Source: an uncultured Bacteroidota bacterium (GTDB lineage Bacteria; Bacteroidota; Ignavibacteria; Kryptoniales; JAKASW01). Taken from it: a stretch of DNA of 64,000 nucleotides. The notes under the pieces were generated by a model. It saw only the letters and a list, made by a program, of their open reading frames with translations, was not told the DNA's origin and searched no databases. Each line of letters starts with the position of its first letter. Position 1 is the stretch's first letter. Position numbers and translations under genes: made by a program. Of the stretch, positions 20,348-29,340 are shown piece by piece. The stretch covers positions 2,498,049 to 2,562,048 of the forward strand of contig CAVQQJ010000008.1 of NCBI GenBank assembly GCA_963714955.1, in the 5' to 3' direction.

Positions 20348-20376
20348 TTGCTTAACCCTGCAGACTCTGCTATATT
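20348..20376 (+). promoter_or_regulatory. Candidate sigma70-type promoter upstream of lon
   Basis: TTGCTT (20348-20353), 17 nt, then TATATT (20371-20376), about 40 nt upstream of the lon start. This is a consensus match only. Confidence 0.3.
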
Positions 20377-20415
20377 TTCTGGGTAAAGTGCGAGATTTTA
20401 ATTCAGGAGATTTTT

Positions 20416-22803
20416 TTGGACGGCTATAAAGACATTGATCAACCAAAGGATATTATGAAGGTCGAAGACATCCCGACGCGGCTGCCCGTTCTTCCTTTGC
20501 GAGATTCACTTGTGCTCCCCTATATGCTCTTCCCGATTCTTGTTGGAAGAGAGCAATCCGTCGAATCGGTCGAACAAGCTTCGAAAGGTCCGAAATTCAT
20601 TTTACTGGTGGCACAAAAAGACAGTTCGATCGAAGACCCTGCCATAGACGATCTTTTCCGTGTCGGCACTGTAGCCAGAATCGTGCAGGTCCTGAAGCTT
20701 CCCAACGGTCTCCTCAAAGTCCTCGTTGACGGAGTGGCTCAGGCATTCGTTAAGAAGTTTTCTGAAGAGAATAGGATACTTTATGCTGAATACTCGCTGA
20801 ACGCTCAACCCGCGCGGAAGGACGTTGAGCTCGACGCATACGTAAAACATGCTTCTCAACTTTTCAGAGATTATGTCAGAAACAGCCGGGACCTTCCTCC
20901 AGAGACGATGATGTCTTTCGAGAACATGGACCATCCCGAGCGGAAATTCTATTATATTCTTGCCAATCTGGACCTATCGATTCAGGACAAGATGGAATTG
21001 TTCAGTTTGAAGAGTCTACGTGAACAATTCGAGGACATGATCAGAATCATGACGGAAGAGATAAACATTCTGAAGATTGAGCAGGAGATTGACGACAAGG
21101 TCCAGGATAGTATTCAGAAGAATCAGCGGAAGTACTATCTCCAGGAGCAGGTCAGGATAATGCAGGATGAACTCGGGGAAGAAAACCCGACGGGAGAAAT
21201 TGCCCTTCTGAAGGAAAAAATTGAAAAAGCCAAAATGCCGGATTCGGCTAGACCTAAGGCGCTTGAGGAACTCGACAAGCTGAAGAGAACTCAGCCTTTC
21301 TCCCCGGAGGCTACGGTCATCAGGAACTACCTTGACTGGCTGGTAGACGTGCCTTGGCATGAGAAGACGCGCGATAATCTGGACATCGAACATGTGAGGA
21401 AGATACTTGACGAAGATCATTACGGCCTTGAGAAACCGAAGGAACGTATCGTCGAACAGATAGCAGTTCTGAATCTGGTTAAGGAAATGCGGCCGCAAAT
21501 TCTATGCTTTGTCGGCCCGCCGGGAGTGGGAAAGACGTCACTGGCGAAATCGATTGCGCGAGCGTTAGGGAGAAAGTTCGTTCGACTGTCCCTCGGCGGC
21601 ATCCGGGACGAAGCGGAAATCAGGGGCCACCGCAGAACTTACGTCGGCTCATTGCCGGGCAGGATTTTGCAAGCGATGAAGAAATCTGGAGTTGTCAACC
21701 CGGTTATGCTTCTGGATGAAGTGGACAAAATGGCAAACGATTTTCATGGTGATCCGTCGGCAGCACTTCTCGAAGTTCTCGATCCAGAACAAAATCATTC
21801 TTTCCAGGATCACTATCTCGAGGTGGACTACGACCTTTCAAAAGTCTTCTTCATTACTACCGCGAACGTTCGCGAAAATATACCCGAACCTCTGGAAGAT
21901 AGAATGGAGATTATCGACCTGCCGGGTTACCTGGATTACGACAAGGTGGAAATAGCAAAGCACCACATCATCCCGAAGCAATTGAAGGCGCACGGCATCG
22001 GGGAGAAATTTACCAGATTTGAAGATTCAGCGTTGCTGAAGGTTATAAGAGAGTACACGTGGGAAGCAGGCGTTAGGAACCTGGAGCGATCTATAGCTGC
22101 GATTTGCCGGAAAATTGCCAGGGAAATTGTCTCCCGGAAAAAGCAGCGGGCGAAGAAAATCGTCCCTATTTCTGTCGACGAGAAAAAAGTGGAGGAATTC
22201 CTTGGCGTGCCAAAATTCCATTCCAGGCAGATCTCAAAAAAGAGCCGGGTGGGGGTTGCTGTTGGTCTTGCGTGGACAAGTGGTGGAGGCGATATTCTCA
22301 ACATCGAAGCAATACTGATGGACGGACCCGACAGAGTGCAGCTGACCGGTCGACTCGGCAACGTGATGCAGGAGTCCGCGCGCGCCGCATTGACTTATGT
22401 CAGAGCAAATGCGAGGAGACTGGGAATACATAAGAACTTTCAAAAGGGGAAGGAGCTTCATATCCACGTCCCGGAAGGCGCAACTCCGAAGGATGGACCG
22501 TCAGCTGGACTAACAATGGCAATTGCACTTATTTCGGCTGCCGGACAAAAACCTGCCCGCGCGGACGTTGCCATGACTGGAGAAATCAATCTTAACGGGG
22601 AAGTCCTCCAGATTGGCGGACTTATGGAGAAAATGCTTGCTGCTAAAAGATACGGCATCAAGAAGGTCCTAATCCCGAAGGAGAATGTAAGGGATTTGGT
22701 TGAAATACCCGAGAAGCTGAAAGAGGGAATAACGATCGTTCCCGTCGAGAAGATTGAAGACGCGCTCAGGCATGTTTTCACCAATGGCAAGGTTAAGAGA
22801 TGA
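20416..22803 (+). CDS. lon: ATP-dependent Lon protease
   Basis: 795 aa with a LON N-domain. The AAA+ Walker A is GPPGVGKTS. The protease domain shows PKDGPSAG (catalytic Ser) and K..LIPKEN. The start could be TTG 20416 or ATG 20455. Confidence 0.95.
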   Translation: MDGYKDIDQPKDIMKVEDIPTRLPVLPLRDSLVLPYMLFPILVGREQSVESVEQASKGPKFILLVAQKDSSIEDPAIDDLFRVGTVARIVQVLKLPNGLLKVLVDGVAQAFVKKFSEENRILYAEYSLNAQPARKDVELDAYVKHASQLFRDYVRNSRDLPPETMMSFENMDHPERKFYYILANLDLSIQDKMELFSLKSLREQFEDMIRIMTEEINILKIEQEIDDKVQDSIQKNQRKYYLQEQVRIMQDELGEENPTGEIALLKEKIEKAKMPDSARPKALEELDKLKRTQPFSPEATVIRNYLDWLVDVPWHEKTRDNLDIEHVRKILDEDHYGLEKPKERIVEQIAVLNLVKEMRPQILCFVGPPGVGKTSLAKSIARALGRKFVRLSLGGIRDEAEIRGHRRTYVGSLPGRILQAMKKSGVVNPVMLLDEVDKMANDFHGDPSAALLEVLDPEQNHSFQDHYLEVDYDLSKVFFITTANVRENIPEPLEDRMEIIDLPGYLDYDKVEIAKHHIIPKQLKAHGIGEKFTRFEDSALLKVIREYTWEAGVRNLERSIAAICRKIAREIVSRKKQRAKKIVPISVDEKKVEEFLGVPKFHSRQISKKSRVGVAVGLAWTSGGGDILNIEAILMDGPDRVQLTGRLGNVMQESARAALTYVRANARRLGIHKNFQKGKELHIHVPEGATPKDGPSAGLTMAIALISAAGQKPARADVAMTGEINLNGEVLQIGGLMEKMLAAKRYGIKKVLIPKENVRDLVEIPEKLKEGITIVPVEKIEDALRHVFTNGKVKR

Positions 22804-24533
22804 GCTACCTTGTAACTGCTCGCAAATGGCGCCCGATGCGCTTTGATGAAGTGACGGCACAAGATCACGTTACGGTCACGATAAAGAATGCGATTGTCCG
22901 CAACCGGATCGCACACGCGTATTTGTTCAGCGGTCCGAGCGGTGTGGGGAAAACTACGACTGCGCGGATATTCGCCAAGGCGATAAACTGTCCGAATGTG
23001 AAGGATGGTGAGCCATGCAACGAGTGCGACGTGTGTAAGGAAATCACCGAAGGAAGAAGTCTGGACGTCATCGAGATCGATGGGGCTTCAAATCGTGGCA
23101 TCGACGAGATCAGGGACCTGCGCGAATCGGTGCGTTATTCACCTTCGCGTTTGAAATATAAGATTTACATAATCGATGAAGTTCATATGCTCACCAAGGA
23201 AGCATTCAACGCATTGTTGAAAACTTTAGAGGAGCCCCCCCCGTACGCGATCTTTGTTCTTGCCACCACAGAACCGCATAAAGTCATTCCTACAATTCTC
23301 ACGCGGTGTCAACGGTTTGACTTCAAGCGAATTGAAATTGAGAGAATAATAGACCGCCTGAGGTTCATAGCGAAAGAAGAAAAAATATCCGTTGATGAGG
23401 AGTCTTTCGTAACGATCGCAAAGAAGGGTGACGGATCGATGCGGGATGCGTTGAGCATATTTGATCAGGTCGCCGCGTTTTGCGGAAACGAGATCAAGCA
23501 TGAAGTCGTGGTGGATGCGCTTAGTTTGGTAGATGCCGAACTCTTCTTCAATCTGACCGACCTGGTCGAGAAGAAGGATTCGAAAGGTGCGGTCGAACTT
23601 TCAGCCCAGATAATCTCCCGCGGTTACGATCCAGTCGACTTTCTAGAGGGATTGTCCGAGCACCTCCGCAATCTGATCGTCGCCGGGACGACAAAGAAGT
23701 CGGATCTCATCGAAGCATCGGAAGACTTTCGCAGACGCTATTTGGAGACGGCTATCAGATTTGATAACTCGGATCTGCTCAGACTGCTCAAGATAACGAG
23801 CGAGGCTGTGCAGCAGATAAAATATGTCTCGCAACCGAGAATTAAGCTGGAAATGACACTCCTGCAGCTTGTCAGTCTCGAAAGATCTATAAGGCTTGGT
23901 GATCTTCTACAGCAAATCGAAGAATTAAAAAAAAACTTAGGCTCACTGAAACCGGATAGAAATAATCCGGCGCCTTCCGCCCATCAAGCCGTTCCAAGTA
24001 CTTCACCGTCAAAAACGTTTAGAGAAACAGAGGCGGCAATCGCTGCGGGCCGGTCCCGACCGCTTCAGCGACTTGACAATACGCTAAAGCGAGATTACTA
24101 CGGACCGAATTCGAAACCTGCAAATGGACCGGTCAATCCTTACAGCAATGGCAATGGCTCAGAAGCTCCGCGGACGGAGGCGCCCGCGCCGAATCAGAGT
24201 AACGAATCATCATTTCAAGAAATCACCGTGAGGTGGGAAGAACTCCTTCAGGCAGTCAGGATGGAGAGAATTGGAGTATGGTCGCAGCTGATAAACTTGA
24301 AACCGCTTGGAATCAAAAATGGTTGGCTCATGCTTGGTGCCCCAAACGAGGTGATAGTAGGGATGACCAGGCCTCACAAAAACTATATCCAGGAGAAAAT
24401 CCAGAAAACTCTCGGAGTTCGAGTTGCCGTCGATTTCACGATTGTGCCAACCGAACGGACAGTTGATTCAGAGGCAGACGATCCACTAATCAAATACTTG
24501 AAGGATGAATTCGGTGCCGAACCAATCGATTAA
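22800..24533 (+). CDS. dnaX: DNA polymerase III subunit tau/gamma
   Basis: 577 aa with the motifs FSGPSGVGKTT, a CxxCxxC zinc module (CNECDVCKE), IYIIDEVHML and TRCQRFDF. The ATGA start overlaps the lon stop. Confidence 0.93.
   Translation: MSYLVTARKWRPMRFDEVTAQDHVTVTIKNAIVRNRIAHAYLFSGPSGVGKTTTARIFAKAINCPNVKDGEPCNECDVCKEITEGRSLDVIEIDGASNRGIDEIRDLRESVRYSPSRLKYKIYIIDEVHMLTKEAFNALLKTLEEPPPYAIFVLATTEPHKVIPTILTRCQRFDFKRIEIERIIDRLRFIAKEEKISVDEESFVTIAKKGDGSMRDALSIFDQVAAFCGNEIKHEVVVDALSLVDAELFFNLTDLVEKKDSKGAVELSAQIISRGYDPVDFLEGLSEHLRNLIVAGTTKKSDLIEASEDFRRRYLETAIRFDNSDLLRLLKITSEAVQQIKYVSQPRIKLEMTLLQLVSLERSIRLGDLLQQIEELKKNLGSLKPDRNNPAPSAHQAVPSTSPSKTFRETEAAIAAGRSRPLQRLDNTLKRDYYGPNSKPANGPVNPYSNGNGSEAPRTEAPAPNQSNESSFQEITVRWEELLQAVRMERIGVWSQLINLKPLGIKNGWLMLGAPNEVIVGMTRPHKNYIQEKIQKTLGVRVAVDFTIVPTERTVDSEADDPLIKYLKDEFGAEPID
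23927..23935 (+). other. A9 homopolymer in dnaX (TTA AAA AAA AAC): candidate ribosomal frameshift or transcriptional slippage site
   Basis: The run covers codons 376-379. The -1 frame then reads K L R L T E T G and stops (tag 23957-23959). The +1 frame reads T and stops (tag 23938-23940). A CCGGAT..ATCCGG hairpin lies at 23952-23970. Confidence 0.4.
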
Positions 24534-25575
24534 AAAAATCTTAAGTTCTTGTGTTGCACTTCTTCTTTTTCTTGGAGTTTTTGCTTTACGCGCAAACGCT
24601 CAGGGAGAAGGCATCACACTCGCCAAGTATGCCAACGATTTCCTGTCGATCGGTGTGGGCGGGAGAGCGCTGGGAATGGGAAGCGCCTACACAGCTGCTG
24701 CAAATGACGTGACTTCGGGTTACTGGAATCCCGCCGGTTTGTCGAAATTGGAATTTCCGGAAATAATACTGATGCACGATCAGCGGTACGGCGACATTGT
24801 CAGCTACAATTATGCGGCTGGCGCAGTCAAGGTTTCGAAAGATGAGACGGTAGGCCTTAGCGCCGTCATTCTAAGCGTCAGCGGTGTGCCAAATACTCTT
24901 TCCGCAGGACTTGAGACCGATCCGAACGGTAATCTTATTCCAATAAGCAATCCATCGGTAGACAGCTTAGTCAGAGTAGACCCGAGCAAGGTGACATTCT
25001 TCGGAGAGACCGACTTTGCACTCATCGGAAGCTATGCGAAGCAATCCACAGATTACTTCGCATACGGCGGGAGCGTGAAGCTGCTCCGCAGGAGCATCGG
25101 AACAACCTCAGGAACGGGAATCGGTTTTGACGTAGGAGTGCTGTACACTCCTTTCAGGAATTTTAGTCTCGGAGCTAACCTGCAAAATGCAACGACTACA
25201 GTGCTCGCGTGGACAACGGGGACGACAGAGGTGATGCCGCCGACGCTCGCGACAGGTGCCGCATACGATCTCCTCCTCGGCTCATTTGGGTTTACGCCGG
25301 CGCTGGATTTACTGTTTAATGTCGACAATATGCGGTCATCCTCAGAAGTTCATCTTGGTCCGATCAGTGCGGATTTGCGTGCCGGAGCGGAAGTAAGCTA
25401 CAAGAATGTCGTCGCGATCAGGGCGGGCTATAATGAAGTTAGACAGTTTACTGTCGGCGCGGGAATTCGCCTCCCGAAGCTGGATATCGACTACGCATTT
25501 GCGAAGTTTTCGGACGGCGATGCTCTTCCTCCAACGAATCGCATTTCGTTGAAGCTTGTACTCGACAATAACTAG
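24505..25575 (+). CDS. Outer-membrane beta-barrel protein, PorV/PorQ-like
   Basis: 356 aa with the signal peptide ...FALRANA/Q. The N-terminal motif FLSIGVGGRALGMGSAYTAAANDVTSGYWNPAGL matches the PorV/PorQ family pattern. The rest shows alternating beta-strand sequence. Confidence 0.55.
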   Translation: MNSVPNQSIKKILSSCVALLLFLGVFALRANAQGEGITLAKYANDFLSIGVGGRALGMGSAYTAAANDVTSGYWNPAGLSKLEFPEIILMHDQRYGDIVSYNYAAGAVKVSKDETVGLSAVILSVSGVPNTLSAGLETDPNGNLIPISNPSVDSLVRVDPSKVTFFGETDFALIGSYAKQSTDYFAYGGSVKLLRRSIGTTSGTGIGFDVGVLYTPFRNFSLGANLQNATTTVLAWTTGTTEVMPPTLATGAAYDLLLGSFGFTPALDLLFNVDNMRSSSEVHLGPISADLRAGAEVSYKNVVAIRAGYNEVRQFTVGAGIRLPKLDIDYAFAKFSDGDALPPTNRISLKLVLDNN

Positions 25576-25644
25576 AGAATAGAAAAGGGTGACGCGGAAA
25601 GATCATATTTCCAGAGATAGTTCTTCTTTTCTTCCGGTTCAAGA

Positions 25645-26274
25645 ATGATCTATTTCCCCCGCGTCACAACCTTTATGTTTGCTTCTCTGCTAGTTATCTC
25701 ATGCTCTCGCAATTATGACAGAATAAAGTTTTCTCCGGACGCCGCGAGATATTACAGACATGCCCTGGGAGCGAACAGAGCCGAGAAGGATCTGTTTTTC
25801 AAAACAAGTCCATCTTCGCCATTGACGGCCGAACAGAGAATTGCGTTCACGCATCTATCTTATTTCCCACCCAATCTGGATTTGGTCTTCGCAGTCAAAA
25901 TTATCAAGAGTCGAGAGCTTAGACGAATCAACATTGCCGCGACAGGCGGAGAATTAAGACCCGCTCTGGAATATGGTCAAGTCAACTTTGACGTCGAGGG
26001 GAACCCGGTCACGCTTCACGTTTACAGAATGATCGGCTTAGATTCGACCGAACTTTTTCTCCCTTTTGTCGATGCAACTTGTGGCAGGGCGGCCTACTCC
26101 GGCGGTAGATACATCGATCTGACGGAAAACGATTCAGGCATCTACAGGCTCGATTTAAACTACGCGTACAATCCCTACTGCGCATATAACCACGGATTCA
26201 GTTGTCCGGTGGTTCCCGAAGAAAATCATCTTGAAGTTCCGATTTTGGCGGGTGAAATGAAGTTTCAAGAATGA
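25645..26274 (+). CDS. DUF1684 domain-containing lipoprotein
   Basis: 209 aa with a lipobox-like LLVISC. The pattern is PSSPL..F..LSYFP...LFLPFVDATCGRAAYSGGRYIDL...LDLNYAYNPYCAYNHGFSCPVVPEENHLEVPILAGE. Confidence 0.75.
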   Translation: MIYFPRVTTFMFASLLVISCSRNYDRIKFSPDAARYYRHALGANRAEKDLFFKTSPSSPLTAEQRIAFTHLSYFPPNLDLVFAVKIIKSRELRRINIAATGGELRPALEYGQVNFDVEGNPVTLHVYRMIGLDSTELFLPFVDATCGRAAYSGGRYIDLTENDSGIYRLDLNYAYNPYCAYNHGFSCPVVPEENHLEVPILAGEMKFQE

Positions 26275-26299
26275 GCCTGCCTGACTTTGTAACAAAACG

Positions 26300-28409
26300 T
26301 TGCAGAATGCGAAGAGTAGAATTAGATTTAACAATATGCGAATAAATTTCAGGAACAGCCTTTATCTCGTATTTGCCGGTGCAATCGCAGTGATCTTGGT
26401 TATCTACGACTGGATTCGGATCACTATCAATCTGGATGATCCTGTTCTCAACACCATCCGCGATCTGTTTTCGATTGTAGCCTTTGTGTTCCTTTATGCG
26501 GCTCTGAATTCGTGGCGCGAGAGGAAGCAGCTTAAACCGCTCGAGTCTCTCCGCAGACTCGTCGCTTATGGCTTCTTTTCTGCCGCGATAATTTCCACCT
26601 GGGGCATCATGCTGGAAAACAAGGGGAATGCGTCGGGCAAATTTATTCCGCAGAATATATTCCAGTTATTGGCAACTACCGCATTTGCCCTCGGCATCTT
26701 TGTTTTTGTTCTTATCCTGCTCAGGTATATGGCTGGCATCATTTATATAAAACCCGACAAGAAAGTTAGAAGAAGATTCGAACTCTTTGTGGGGTTCGCA
26801 ATCGCATCAGCCGTCTTGAAGGCGTTCCAGAATTCATCATTCCTGGGCACGCTGGCCGAAATTGCCTTTGTTGTCGCAATTCTTATATCCGTCTTTCACA
26901 TAGTTAGTATGAACTGGATAGTTTTTCTCTCCAGAAAAGAGAAGTACAAATCGCTTGTTCATTCCTTTTTCTTGATTCTCCTTTTCGGGTATTCGTTTGC
27001 ATCCATAGGCCCCGCGGATCTTGCAGGAGGAGTTCTCCAGTTCTACAGTGTCCCCGTCGAAGAATTTTCCAAGACGGTATTTCTCTTTCTGACCATCTAT
27101 TTCTCCCTGGCATTCGTTGTGACGACATTTCATATTCCGACTTCAGGAGTGTTCGAGAAGAAGAAGAGAGAGGTCGATTCGTACCAGAACCTGAGCAAGG
27201 TCATTACTAACGTAATGGACACTTCGGAAGTTCTGAACAACACCGTTGCGGTCGTAGGTACGGTTACGCAGGCGAACAAAGTTTGGATTGAGCTCGAGTC
27301 CGACAAAACTTCGTCAACCTCGGTCGGGGCTGAGGATCGAAAGTTCGAGGTCGGTGCGACCTTCAGAACGAGCCAGTATGAGCTTTCGGCTTTCGACTTC
27401 ACGAAGGTCCGCGAAGTGGTTCGCTCGGCCCGGCGGATCATAATTCAGGATCCTGAAGAATTTTCGAAGTTCGGCCTCAAGGAATTTCCTGCGAAGTCCC
27501 TGTTAGCGGTTCCCCTCACCGCACACGATGAATCGATCGGCATTCTATATGCCGCTCATAGTATGCCATACGCGTTCGACGACGAGGAGATATCCACGGT
27601 GAGTGCGTTCACAGATACTGCAGCTGTGGCGATTCAGAATTCTCTCCTTTTCACAAAATCGATAGAGAACGAGCGTCTTCAGCATGAAATGCGTGTCGCA
27701 CACGAAATGCAGCTGAAGTTGTTGCCGACGTCTTTCCCGAATACGCCGGAGTTCGAATCTGATTTCCTCGCTTTCCCGGCTTTTGAGGTCGGCGGCGATT
27801 ACATCGACTTCCTGAAGATAGATCGCGACAGGTATGCGTTCGGCGTCGGCGATGTTTCGGGGAAGGGAACCTCTGCGGCATTTTACATGGCATACATGAA
27901 GGGCATATTCCAATCCAGATACCGCTTCTGCAAGATCTCCGAGCGAATTCATGATGGAAGCGAACGAAGCGGTGGGCAACACACTTCAAAAGAATTTTTT
28001 TATTACGTTGATCTTCGCCATCCTCGACTCGCGGACCGGAGAAATTTCACTGGCCCGTGCCGGCCATACTCCCGCGATTCATGTGAGAGGAAGAAACTTG
28101 AGCCTTATGAAACCATCAGGAGCGGCTCTCGGAATCGAGCGGTCGGAAGAGTTTGGGAAGCATCTCAAAGAGGAGAAGGTCTGTCTGAGACCAGGAGACT
28201 CTTTGGTATTCTACACTGACGGCGTCACGGACCAAAGAGATCCAGACGGGAATGAATTCGGCGAACAACGGTTTTATGACTTATTGAAAGAAATTGGCGG
28301 CGGCAGTGCGACCGAAATCAAGGGCGGCATTATCCGGGCCCTTGCGGAGTTCTCGCAGGGCACTGCTGCAGTCGACGACACGACCGTTTTGATTTTAAAA
28401 TGGAAATGA
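26300..28409 (+). CDS. Membrane-bound GAF-PP2C (SpoIIE/RsbU-type) serine phosphatase, frame interrupted near 27914-27925
   Basis: The N-terminal ~290 aa holds multiple TM helices. A GAF-like region follows (LAVPLTAHDESIGILYAAHS). PP2C motifs are AHEMQLKLLP, GGDYIDF and VGDVSGKGTSAAFYMAYMKGIFQS. The continuation ..SPSEFMMEANEAVGNTLQKNFFITLIFAILD..ARAGH..FYTDGVTD..DDTTVLILKW is in the frame of ORF 27951-28409. The start could be TTG 26300 or ATG 26336. Confidence 0.8.
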
Positions 28410-28451
28410 GTATTTAAGTGGAGAAACATCTCTGCAAATTGGGAGGAAGTA

Positions 28452-28799
28452 ATGAACGAGTTTAAGGTGCTGACTAAAGACTCCGGGAATGCGGTTATAA
28501 TGGAACTCCAGGGTTTTCTTGACGCCCACACCGCACCTGAATTAGAGAAGAGCTTTACTGAGCTGATAGGGAAGGGGAAATTTAATATCGTCGTGAACTT
28601 CAATGCCCTGAATTACATTTCAAGTGCAGGTCTGGGAGTGTTTATGGCATATATCGATGAAATACGTAACAATCATGGAGATATCAAACTGAGCAACATG
28701 CAGCAAAAAGTGTTCAACGTATTTGACCTGCTCGGATTTCCGTTTCTCTACGAGATTTACAAAGACCAGGATGAAGCTCTGAGAAAGTTCGGCGCATAA
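28452..28799 (+). CDS. STAS-domain anti-sigma-factor antagonist (RsbV/SpoIIAA-like)
   Basis: 115 aa with the pattern ELQGFLDAHTAPELEKSF....IVVNFNALNYISSAGLGVFM....KLSNMQQKVFNVFDLLGF, including a phosphorylatable Ser in the DYISS-like motif. Confidence 0.85.
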   Translation: MNEFKVLTKDSGNAVIMELQGFLDAHTAPELEKSFTELIGKGKFNIVVNFNALNYISSAGLGVFMAYIDEIRNNHGDIKLSNMQQKVFNVFDLLGFPFLYEIYKDQDEALRKFGA

Positions 28800-28825
28800 A
28801 GGATCGCCGCAGAAAATGATGCGAG

Positions 28826-29266
28826 ATGGTTTTGAAAAGAATGGATAAAATAGGAGAATCGAGAACCTTCAAAAGCACGACAACCGCGCTGTCGGATGTC
28901 CGGGACTTTGTCAACGAACGCGCAGTCGGCTTCGGGTTCGGTGAAAAGGAAGTGTCCGAGATAACGCTTGCGGTCGACGAAGCTTGCACAAATGTGATCA
29001 AGCATGCGTACAAAGGAGATCCGGAGGCGAAATTTGAGGTCAGGATTGTCGCTGGCGGAACTGAGTTTGAGATAGTCGTCCGTGATTGGGGAGCGGGCTT
29101 CAATCCGGAAGAGGTGCCTGTCCCTAATATTCGGGAAAGAGTGAAGAAACATAGGGCAGGAGGCTTAGGAATTTTCCTTATGCGGAAGCTGATGGATAGT
29201 GTCGAATACCATGAGGAAAACTCGGTGAACGAAGTCAGACTCGTTCGTTATCTGAGGAAGGAATAG
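28826..29266 (+). CDS. Anti-sigma regulatory factor, serine protein kinase (RsbW/SpoIIAB-like, HATPase_c)
   Basis: 146 aa. The N-box is AVDEACTNVIKHAY, G1 is VRDWGAGF and G2 is GGLGIFLM. Confidence 0.85.
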   Translation: MVLKRMDKIGESRTFKSTTTALSDVRDFVNERAVGFGFGEKEVSEITLAVDEACTNVIKHAYKGDPEAKFEVRIVAGGTEFEIVVRDWGAGFNPEEVPVPNIRERVKKHRAGGLGIFLMRKLMDSVEYHEENSVNEVRLVRYLRKE

Positions 29267-29340
29267 TCAAGTCATCGAAATCGCGGATCGATATTCTACA
29301 TGTATTCAGTTTTAGCTCTCATCCATCCGACTTACATATT

